64,000 nt of DNA from Patescibacteria group bacterium UBA6017. GTDB lineage: Bacteria > Patescibacteriota > Saccharimonadia > UBA4664. The stretch covers positions 21,363 to 85,362 of the forward strand of contig DIZX01000015.1 of the NCBI GenBank assembly GCA_002429485.1. Reading direction: 5' to 3'. Each line of letters starts with the position of its first letter. The first letter of the stretch is position 1. Below are positions 10,095 through 18,021 of this stretch, in pieces. The notes under the pieces were generated by a model. The model ran no database searches, was not told the origin of the DNA, and saw only the letters and a list, made by a program, of their open reading frames with translations. A program made the translations under genes and the position numbers.

Positions 10095-10157
10095 AACTTT
10101 AGTATATCAGCGATTCATATGCCGAACAAGACCCGAACGTCATACAAGCATTCGGGT

Positions 10158-10595
10158 CTAGTCCAGCTCCTTGCTCAAAACATCCACCGCCCGCTCAAAC
10201 GCTGTCTCGTCCTTCAAACTAAGGTTCGAGAACAGCTCTTTTTGCTTGTCGGCGATCAGTTTTGAGGCGTCAACCACCGCCTGCTCCCCTTTCGGGGTCA
10301 GGGCCAATACGTTCTCTCGTTTACTCCGTGGATTCGCCCTCTGAGCGACCAGCCCGCGCACGCCCAGCACCTCGGCTTGGCGCGTCACTACGGCCGGTGT
10401 TACTCCGAGACTGCTGGCCAGTTCGCGTTGGCTCGCCTCGCCCAGCGCCAACAGACCATTCAGTACCCGGAATTGAGAAAAGGTCAGTTTAAAACTGACC
10501 TTTAGCTCATTTTCCACCTCGCGCTCGAGCCCACTAATAACTCGAGCGACTTTGTTGAAGAGAGATTTCTCGAACTGAGAATTCCTTACCTGCAC
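10158..10595 (-). CDS. MarR family transcriptional regulator
   Basis: Winged HTH of MarR type (FSQFRVLNGLLALGEASQRELASSLGVTPAVVTRQAEVL). Confidence 0.85.
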   Translation of the reverse strand: MQVRNSQFEKSLFNKVARVISGLEREVENELKVSFKLTFSQFRVLNGLLALGEASQRELASSLGVTPAVVTRQAEVLGVRGLVAQRANPRSKRENVLALTPKGEQAVVDASKLIADKQKELFSNLSLKDETAFERAVDVLSKELD

Positions 10596-10619
10596 TTGTT
10601 GAACTCCATTAACAATATA

Positions 10620-10638
10620 CCCCTAAACAATTTAGGGG
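10620..10638. promoter_or_regulatory. Perfect palindrome CCCCTAAAcaaTTTAGGGG just upstream of the marR start; candidate MarR operator
   Basis: 8-bp inverted arms with a 3-nt spacer, 25 nt upstream of the MarR start codon in an AT-rich promoter region. Confidence 0.4.
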
Positions 10639-10916
10639 TCAATAGTTTTTATGCTCCAATTAGGAGATTATGCCCAAAAATCCCCTTCTCTATCTGTTGG
10701 CACGCTCGAATATAATTCGAAATACATCGCAAAAACCATCGTTTCAGGCCCCGTAACTCCACCTACTGCGCCCAACCACACCAAACATCCGGAATGTTAT
10801 CCCCAACCTATCCACACCCCAACACCAAAAAACCGAACATAAGCATGTTCGGTCCGTTCGGTATCCGCCAATGATTTCGATTGACAGTCACACTTTACTT
10901 TGATAAAGTGCTAATC

Positions 10917-11246
10917 ATGTTAGATATTAAACCCGAAATCTGGAATACACCCGCCGCGCAACAGCTCACGCAATCTTTGACGTCGATCAACGATATCGAC
11001 AGCATGCAGCGCTTTCTGCGTGACGTGATGACTGAATCTGAAATTCTCGAAATCAGCTCACGGCTCGAAGCTGCGCGCCTGCTCGCAACCGGCGCCAAAT
11101 ATGCCCAAATCATTGAAGCCACCCGACTCTCCAGCCGCACCATCGCTCGCATCAGTGATTGGATGAAAAACGGCACCGGCGGATACGCTTCGGCCCTTAC
11201 AGTCATCAACCATCATGCCTCATCTACCCGATTGGAAGAGGCCTGA
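10917..11246 (+). CDS. YerC/YecD (TrpR-like) family DNA-binding protein
   Basis: Match to YerC/YecD family pattern: LEISSRLEAARLLATGAKYAQIIEATRLSSRTIARISDWMKNGTGGY. Confidence 0.65.
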   Translation: MLDIKPEIWNTPAAQQLTQSLTSINDIDSMQRFLRDVMTESEILEISSRLEAARLLATGAKYAQIIEATRLSSRTIARISDWMKNGTGGYASALTVINHHASSTRLEEA

Positions 11247-11344
11247 GGTTATCGTTACATCCGCATAACACCAGACCCCTCCCAATTTCGGGAGGGGTCT
11301 TAGCTTTTAGCCTAAGACCGGCTACTACCAAGGAGTTGGTAAAA

Positions 11345-12229
11345 ATGCGTTCCAACGCACTACTGGAGTACTTCGACAACCCGGATACCCGACGCACCGT
11401 CACCGGAGCCACCTGGGGAGCCGAGATAGAAACCCATTTCGTCGACAGCGTTGGGCGTCCAATCTCAATATCCACCACGCGCCGACTGCTTGCCACCACG
11501 CCACCGGGGCCATGGCGCACCACCATCGACCTCGGCAACCAACTCATAGAGTTCGTGGTCGGCCCGCAATCCTCGCCGGCGGCGCTACTAAGCTCAACCC
11601 ACGACGGCCTAAGGTGGCTCTACCGCCAGGCAGCCCGCCTCGGGGCCTCCCCGGTCTTTGCGCCAACCCTGCCACGGACCCACGCCCAGAACCTACTCTG
11701 GATCCAAGATGATCGCGACCAGGTTTGGTGCAAGCTGGATGGCCAAGCCGCTCTAGAGCACCTCTGCCGCGTAGCATCCGTGCAGATAACAATGAGCGTA
11801 CACCCATCCGAGCTGGTGCAGACCATCAACGCCCTGTGGCGAGGCAAGCTACACGCCCACGATTACGCCAAAAATGACGCCTCCTGGCGCCGTTACATTA
11901 GCGAATCTACAGCCGGCTACAGATCAGATCGCTACGCCGGACCAAGCCGCTTCGAAGACCTCAGTGACTACACTAGGTACCTCGAACTACAAATGGTTGT
12001 GATGCTACGATCGCAACCCTGCGCTCTGGACATTCGCGGCATCACCGACCTCAATTGCAGCGATCTTGATCTGTTTGTTCGCTCCATCTGGCCCCACTAC
12101 CGGGCCCGTGTGTTCGACGGGCCAGGAGGCACCCGAGTATCTGCTGTCGAGATGCGTCCATTCGCACGGCGGGACGACTCGAGCATCACCACTATGCTTG
12201 GCCTCATCGTGAAAGCCCTAGCCGTATAA
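11345..12229 (+). CDS. Putative carboxylate-amine ligase (glutamate-cysteine ligase family 2-like)
   Basis: SD AAGGAG before the ATG at 11345. N-terminal GAEIETHFVD resembles the GCS2/YbdK catalytic Glu motif. C-terminal VEMRPFARRDD resembles the GCS2 C-terminus. Assignment is tentative. Confidence 0.4.
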   Translation: MRSNALLEYFDNPDTRRTVTGATWGAEIETHFVDSVGRPISISTTRRLLATTPPGPWRTTIDLGNQLIEFVVGPQSSPAALLSSTHDGLRWLYRQAARLGASPVFAPTLPRTHAQNLLWIQDDRDQVWCKLDGQAALEHLCRVASVQITMSVHPSELVQTINALWRGKLHAHDYAKNDASWRRYISESTAGYRSDRYAGPSRFEDLSDYTRYLELQMVVMLRSQPCALDIRGITDLNCSDLDLFVRSIWPHYRARVFDGPGGTRVSAVEMRPFARRDDSSITTMLGLIVKALAV

Positions 12230-12316
12230 ATACCAACTCCGCCCAGCAAGCTGTCGGGGTCACGCCCACCCGTGATCCCGACAGCCAAAACTTCATCGCT
12301 AAATAAAGGAATCAAT

Positions 12317-12745
12317 ATGAACATCGTTGCCTATGGCTCACTTATGAACCAAGCCAGCCTCAACACCACGCTGCAGCGGCCGACCCTGCTCACCAAGTTG
12401 GTTGTTCCGGGTGTCGCGCGAATATTCAACGCTCCGTTTGGTGAGTTCAATTACCTCAACCTTGAGACCGATGTCGCTTCATCCATTGAAGCCGCCTACT
12501 TCACCATCACTCAATCGGAGCTGACCAAATTTGCCGAACGCGAATCCGGCTCCATTGTCATCGAAATCATGTCAGGATATTTCGTCTTCATCTGGCCGTC
12601 AAAGAGTCCGCGGACTTTGCCCGTGCCGCGCAGCTACATTGATCTTTGCCGGTCCGGAGCAAAAGACCTCAATATTAATTTTGATCGCGGCCTAATCATT
12701 CCACGCAACATTTTTGATGATCAACTCGAGCCCGTGTATACCTAA
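12317..12745 (+). CDS. Gamma-glutamyl cyclotransferase-like (GGCT/AIG2 fold) protein
   Basis: N-terminal VAYGSLMNQ matches the YGSL/YGSNM signature of GGCT/AIG2-like proteins. Directly follows the ligase-like gene. Confidence 0.5.
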   Translation: MNIVAYGSLMNQASLNTTLQRPTLLTKLVVPGVARIFNAPFGEFNYLNLETDVASSIEAAYFTITQSELTKFAERESGSIVIEIMSGYFVFIWPSKSPRTLPVPRSYIDLCRSGAKDLNINFDRGLIIPRNIFDDQLEPVYT

Positions 12746-12749
12746 GCGG

Positions 12750-13106
12750 TTATTTAACAAACAACAACTTGATCCCCACGCCAATCATAAATACTGCAAA
12801 CACCTTCTGAATCATTTCATTGGGTAACCGGTTGGCCATGAACGCGCCCACGAATCCGCCTATCAATATTCCGACCGCCAATATCGCCGCAGCCTTGATA
12901 TTGATGTTGCCGCTACGGTAATAAAAATATGCCGCGCCGATACCAATCGGCGGGAGCAACACCGCAATAGTCGTACCTTGGGCCATCTTCTGAGAGAAGC
13001 CAAAAATAATTACCAGGGCGGGAATCAAAAATACGCCGCCGGCAATCCCAAGGATTCCCGCCAGCACGCCCGTGATTAAACCGAGTATTGCCAAGCCCAC
13101 TATCAT
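12750..13106 (-). CDS. TSUP (TauE/SafE) family half-size membrane transporter protein
   Basis: 118 aa, 4 TM helices, Gly-rich helices (GILGIAGGVFLIPALV) typical of TauE/SafE repeats. Confidence 0.55.
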   Translation of the reverse strand: MIVGLAILGLITGVLAGILGIAGGVFLIPALVIIFGFSQKMAQGTTIAVLLPPIGIGAAYFYYRSGNINIKAAAILAVGILIGGFVGAFMANRLPNEMIQKVFAVFMIGVGIKLLFVK

Positions 13107-13515
13107 GCTACTTATGGTACCAGAGCGAATAGATTCGGTCGATGTTGTAATCGATGTATAGTACTGCTAATTTCGACAATCAAAGCCCACACAAGCAGAC
13201 ACAAAACGCTATAAGTAACTGCAATGTTTCTCATAATCTATAATTTGAACAGTGTTGAAAATATTTTCGAAATGGATAGGCTTTAGGCCTAATAAAAGGA
13301 AAATAAATATATTGCTCATGTTTTGGTTTTTGCGATTTTTCCGAATTATCCTGCATTAAGTACTAGTGTTGTACGAGCACGGGAAAAACCAATATATTCG
13401 AGGTCATTAGCGCAGGAAGCACACCAATACTTGCGCGCGCAATCATTATTATCCCACTACATATAAATGAAAAAGGGCCCATCAAAGGGCTCTTCACATC
13501 AATCGATTTCAATCA

Positions 13516-13591
13516 TGGTCGGGGTGAGAGGACTCGAACCTCCGGCCTCAGCGTCCCGAACGCTGCGCGCTACCAACTGCGCCACACCCCG
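13516..13591 (-). tRNA. tRNA-Pro (anticodon CGG), CCA encoded
   Basis: 76-nt cloverleaf on the minus strand: acceptor CGGGGTG/CACCCCG, D-arm GCGC-AGTTGGTA-GCGC, anticodon loop TTCGGGA, T-loop TTCGAGT, 3' ACCA. Confidence 0.9.
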
Positions 13592-13652
13592 ATGTATTCA
13601 CCTGTATTTGAACCTGGCTATCTTAGCTTATAACGGGTCGTTTTGCCAATGC

Positions 13653-14552
13653 TCACTCCGCCGCCTCGAGCTCAGCAGCCTCCAGCTCCATGTGCATCAG
13701 CTCCAACTGCATTGCGCCATACGCCTTGAGCCATGCCAACTCACCGTCGAATAGCTTCGAACTTGCCAGTAGCCGACCATACTCGTCGATCCGCTGCTTA
13801 TGCCCGGCCATATCTGTTGAAGCGGCAATTGTGACTTCTGCGGCATCCTCCACAAACTTATATCCCAGCAAACGCAAACCCTCCCACCGCATCATCCGAA
13901 ACCGCGACATGATCACCGACTCAATCGTACCCACAATCATATCCCTGACCAGCGTTGGCACGAGCACGGCCTGCGCCGGTTCCCTCACCGTAAACAGCCC
14001 CTGCAGCGATCGCTCCAATTTCGGGAAGTCTACCGGCTCAAACGACTTTGCGCTCACCTCCAGGTACGTCAGCAATCTCCCCAACCCAATTCCAGAATTG
14101 AAGCCCCCCACCACAAACCGCGAATCAACCTCAAAGCTAGGATGATCCGCCAGCGCAAATCCACCCGCCACCTCTTCCTCCACCACCGTGCGCGCGGCCT
14201 CGGTGTCAGTCGCCCGGTATAGGGCTAATTGCTTGCGCGCTGCGGCGTACCGCATCGGTGCACCGGTCACCAACTTGACCGACCGATCGATGTACGCCGT
14301 CGTCGACGCGGCATACCCCAAATGAAAGGTCGACGGGATAGCAATGATTGAGATCACCTGGGGGTCTTCAGGGGTATAGGCCATTGACTGCAACAGGCTG
14401 GTGGCCACGGTTGCACGTGCCTCAATAAAGCTCAGGCCGTGACGCTGAATTTCAATCCCGTCAGCTAGGCTTGAATTGTGCGCTGCAAAGCGCACTTGCG
14501 ACAGGGTTTGATCACCATGGGACGATAATAGTTCTAATCTCGATCGGGTCAT
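13653..14552 (-). CDS. Hypothetical protein with a class II aminoacyl-tRNA-synthetase-like motif 3 (GGFNSGIGLGRLL); stand-alone catalytic-core-like paralog
   Basis: 299 aa. GxGxGxxRL motif-3-like element. No anticodon-binding domain. Function not assignable from sequence alone. Confidence 0.3.
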   Translation of the reverse strand: MTRSRLELLSSHGDQTLSQVRFAAHNSSLADGIEIQRHGLSFIEARATVATSLLQSMAYTPEDPQVISIIAIPSTFHLGYAASTTAYIDRSVKLVTGAPMRYAAARKQLALYRATDTEAARTVVEEEVAGGFALADHPSFEVDSRFVVGGFNSGIGLGRLLTYLEVSAKSFEPVDFPKLERSLQGLFTVREPAQAVLVPTLVRDMIVGTIESVIMSRFRMMRWEGLRLLGYKFVEDAAEVTIAASTDMAGHKQRIDEYGRLLASSKLFDGELAWLKAYGAMQLELMHMELEAAELEAAE

Positions 14553-14553
14553 C

Positions 14554-15042
14554 TCAGTCTCCTATAAACCAAAACGGTTTTATTGCTATCGTGCGAGCAG
14601 TCTTGCGCACACCGGCGCGAGGTTTGGCCGGGAATTCCTGCGTGAGGACATCCAGCCAGTTGGCCTTTAACCATCGCTTCTGTTGTAAATATAACTCCAA
14701 TAACCCTCGCTCAGCGAACTCGCGCCGCATCACCCCGCCGGCGTGCGGATGCGCCTGAGCCTGTTCCAGCGGCGAATTAAAACCGTGCGCGTAATGCGTT
14801 AGCTCATGAAAAATCGTCGCCTCCACCACAAATTCCGGGACATCCTCCCGCCGAAACAACCCGTTCATAGTGATGACACTCGTTTTGCAATCGCTAGGGT
14901 GCAACGAGATCGACCCCAACCGCCGCTTCGTGCGCCGCCCGAAGACTATACGTACGTCGTTCACCTGCTGAACTTCAGGAAAATAGTTGTCCCAGATCTT
15001 ATCCAGAATCCCCTGCAGCCATGCCTCGTCGCGCTTACTCAT
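14554..15042 (-). CDS. YgjP/SprT-like (DUF45) zinc metallopeptidase-like protein
   Basis: IFHELTHYAHG HExxH motif in a DUF45-like context (GRRTKRRLGSISL ... ITMN). Likely start MSKRDEA, overlapping the upstream helicase gene end by 8 nt. Confidence 0.55.
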   Translation of the reverse strand: MSKRDEAWLQGILDKIWDNYFPEVQQVNDVRIVFGRRTKRRLGSISLHPSDCKTSVITMNGLFRREDVPEFVVEATIFHELTHYAHGFNSPLEQAQAHPHAGGVMRREFAERGLLELYLQQKRWLKANWLDVLTQEFPAKPRAGVRKTARTIAIKPFWFIGD

Positions 15043-17944
15043 CCCCCGACTCCCGCGAGGCCAGCAACGCCAGATCCACCTGCTCGTCGCGTTCACCCGT
15101 ACCAAAGTAGCGAATGGCCGCACACTCGTGCATTGCCGACGCGTTCGGCGCAAAGTCTCGCTGTCTGATTCGCTCTGCCATATCAATCAGCTTACCACGA
15201 TGATTGCGCAGAATCGTCGTCGAGAGCGCCGCCTCGCCCTCCACCATCGTCACTACATAATCCAGCACCACCGCGCTCGGCGCGGCACCGCGCAGCTCCT
15301 CGCACGCCAGAGCGTAAGATCGCAGCTGGAAGTTATCTTTGGCTGCCTTAGCCAGCTTTTCGGAATCAGTCTTGCCCCGGCCGGTCTTAAAGTCGCGAAT
15401 CTCAAACCCATCCTCACGAGCAAACAGGGCGTCAATCTTCCCCCGCAGACGCAGCTTAGCTTCCGGGATTTCGAACCGCACCGGCACCTCGCTCCCGATA
15501 ATCACCCGGTTCGCGCCCGTCTCCCGCTCGTAGAACCGCGCCAATGTGACTTGGGCCAACTTCAGATCTGCGTCAGCTTCAGCGGCCGAGTTATACCCGC
15601 GGCTGTTCCAGGCCTCATTCAGGGCCACGTTCAATTCTTCCAGCGACGGCGCGTCCTCCGCCATCTTTGTCTTGTAGTAAATCTCGAACATCCGGTGCAG
15701 CACACTTCCAAAGCCAAGCTGCGGTCCCATCGGCTGAGAAATTTTTAACGCATGTTGAATATAAAACTCATACGGACAAAAATCATAGCCGCCCAAAGCC
15801 GTCACACTCAAATCCAGCCACCCGTCAGAGGTCTCAAAGGGCAATAAATTCGATCCCAATTGAGCACTCATAGGATAAAATCGTTGTAATTTACTCATCA
15901 CATCTTGCTTCTTACCGTCCGCAGCAACGACAGCGGTCGCACTCGTAGTCAGCGCGGCGGGCTCAAACATCTCCCCGATAAAGGGACTCAGCAATTGCTT
16001 GGATCCGCCGGCCGTAGCCAGCGCTGCGCTCACGATCAACTCCCGTTTGGCCCTGGTAACAGCCACGTACATTAGCCGGCGGAATTCATGATCCGGCGGC
16101 AAATCCGTGGCCGCACTGAGTTCTGACGGTACCACACGTCCCATGCCCCGGCCCGCCGACCAGCTGCGCTGGGTGCACCCCATCAAGTACACCGTATCAA
16201 ACTCCAACCCCTTGGCCGCATGCACCGTGAGCAGCTGCACCCCTTCCATGTCGCCCAACGGCTCCGACACCTCAAGCCCAGGCGGTTTCGGAAACGCCGC
16301 CATATAAGCCGCCAAGCTAGGCGCCACCGCCACGGCTTCAAAATCCTGCATCTGCTCGAGCAAACGGTGCAGATCCTCGAAGACCCTGATCATCCGCGGA
16401 CTCTCATCGGCCTGCTGCTGCCACTTCTCGGCCAAACCCGTCTCAAACACCAACTTGAAGGCCAGCTGACTCACCGTGAGCTCCTTCGCCCAGCCGCGCC
16501 ACAGGTCCAGCCGTGCCCCCAGCCCCTCGGTACGCTCGAGTCCGGCCCGCCGCACCGCCTCTTCCACCGTAATGAGCTCCGTTCGGCTCAGTTCCAGAAT
16601 CTCCCGGTACTCTTCGGCCGTCCAGCCCACAAACGGCCCCATGATCACGTGCCCCACCGCCTCCTCGCCCACTTCCCACAGCAGCCACTTCAATAGGTAC
16701 CACAGCGCCAGCAGCTCCGGCTGATCAAATATACTCACCGAAGTCGAAATCGCATATGACACTCCTCGGCGTGCCATCGCTTTGGCCATCGCTTTTAGCG
16801 GTGCGTGCGTGGCGGCCAGCACGGCCATAGATCCTGCTGCCTCACCCGCCGCCACGCGTCGCTCAATATCCGCCAAAATCCCTGCCTGCTCGTCGGCACC
16901 CGACCCATAGCCCACAAACGACACCCGGCTGTCATCGTGCAGCGCCAACAACCGTTTATTAATGCCAAGGTTCTCCTCCAACCTATGCGGATTGTTGTGC
17001 TGAATGAGACGATATGCCGCGTCGAGCACCGCCTGGCCCGACCGATAGTTCCTCACCAGCACTGCCGGATCTGTCACCGCGTAATGTTTAGCGAAATCCA
17101 AAATATTATTAATCTCCGCGCCCCGAAACCCATAAATTGCCTGATCGTCATCACCAACCGCAAAGATATTTCCCTCACGCCCCACGAATGTTCTAAGCAG
17201 TGCATCCTGGACCGTATTGGTATCCTGATATTCATCCACCAGCACGTACCGATACTCATTCTGGAGCCGCTGAGCCACATTTGGCCGGGTGCGCAATATT
17301 TCCAGTGGCAGCGCCAGCTGGTCGTTGTAATCGTACGCTCCCGTCTCTACCTTGAGCTCTTCATATAATGTATACAGCCGCGCCAAATCCTCCTGCTCGA
17401 GGATATCGCTCGGGTGATTACTGCCCGGATTGAGGCGAAGATCGGCCACAAAACTGTTGTAGGCAACCGCACTCACGCCCGCATTCTGCAGCTGCCCGAT
17501 GTACGCCACGACGCCCGACATAAACTCGTAAGAATCGTCCTGAGGCCCATAATATTGGAACGAAATTCGTTCAATATGTTGCTGCAAAAGCAACGTTTTC
17601 TGGGTATCGTTAAGCAAACCGCCGCGCACCGAACGCCCGATATGGCTTGCGAACCGCCCCAGCAGTTCAGCTCCGAAGGCGTTGAAGGTCAACACGGGTA
17701 CTTGGAACGATTCCCACCCGATCAACTCGTACAATCGCTCCTGCATCTCGCGCGCGGCTTTCTCGGTGAAGGTCAGTGCCAAAATCTGGTTCGGCTTGGC
17801 CTTCCCTCCGGCAATGAGGTGCGCAATCCGCCGAGTAATAACCTGCGTCTTACCCGTACCCGCCCCGGCAATTACCAGTTGCGGGCCCGTATCGTGCTGC
17901 ACCGCGGCCAATTGCTCAGGATTTAGTCCGTCCAAAATACTCAT
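15035..17944 (-). CDS. UvrD/PcrA-family ATP-dependent DNA helicase fused to a C-terminal PD-(D/E)xK (RecB-like) nuclease domain
   Basis: Walker A AGAGTGKTQV and UvrD motifs throughout. C-terminal GKIDALF...FEIRDFKTG (D/ExK) and QLRSYALA (QxxxY) nuclease motifs, plus Cys residues. Confidence 0.85.
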   Translation of the reverse strand: MSILDGLNPEQLAAVQHDTGPQLVIAGAGTGKTQVITRRIAHLIAGGKAKPNQILALTFTEKAAREMQERLYELIGWESFQVPVLTFNAFGAELLGRFASHIGRSVRGGLLNDTQKTLLLQQHIERISFQYYGPQDDSYEFMSGVVAYIGQLQNAGVSAVAYNSFVADLRLNPGSNHPSDILEQEDLARLYTLYEELKVETGAYDYNDQLALPLEILRTRPNVAQRLQNEYRYVLVDEYQDTNTVQDALLRTFVGREGNIFAVGDDDQAIYGFRGAEINNILDFAKHYAVTDPAVLVRNYRSGQAVLDAAYRLIQHNNPHRLEENLGINKRLLALHDDSRVSFVGYGSGADEQAGILADIERRVAAGEAAGSMAVLAATHAPLKAMAKAMARRGVSYAISTSVSIFDQPELLALWYLLKWLLWEVGEEAVGHVIMGPFVGWTAEEYREILELSRTELITVEEAVRRAGLERTEGLGARLDLWRGWAKELTVSQLAFKLVFETGLAEKWQQQADESPRMIRVFEDLHRLLEQMQDFEAVAVAPSLAAYMAAFPKPPGLEVSEPLGDMEGVQLLTVHAAKGLEFDTVYLMGCTQRSWSAGRGMGRVVPSELSAATDLPPDHEFRRLMYVAVTRAKRELIVSAALATAGGSKQLLSPFIGEMFEPAALTTSATAVVAADGKKQDVMSKLQRFYPMSAQLGSNLLPFETSDGWLDLSVTALGGYDFCPYEFYIQHALKISQPMGPQLGFGSVLHRMFEIYYKTKMAEDAPSLEELNVALNEAWNSRGYNSAAEADADLKLAQVTLARFYERETGANRVIIGSEVPVRFEIPEAKLRLRGKIDALFAREDGFEIRDFKTGRGKTDSEKLAKAAKDNFQLRSYALACEELRGAAPSAVVLDYVVTMVEGEAALSTTILRNHRGKLIDMAERIRQRDFAPNASAMHECAAIRYFGTGERDEQVDLALLASRESGDE

Positions 17945-18021
17945 ATCATGATTCTAACAGTTTGATTCTTTACTTGTATGCAGCCCGCAATGATATAATA
18001 AACATAAGAGGTGAATAAAGA

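Noticed and set aside
13467-13754. 95-aa plus-strand ORF
   Set aside because: Runs through the tRNA-Pro gene and its flanks. It is an artefact of an open frame across the tRNA.
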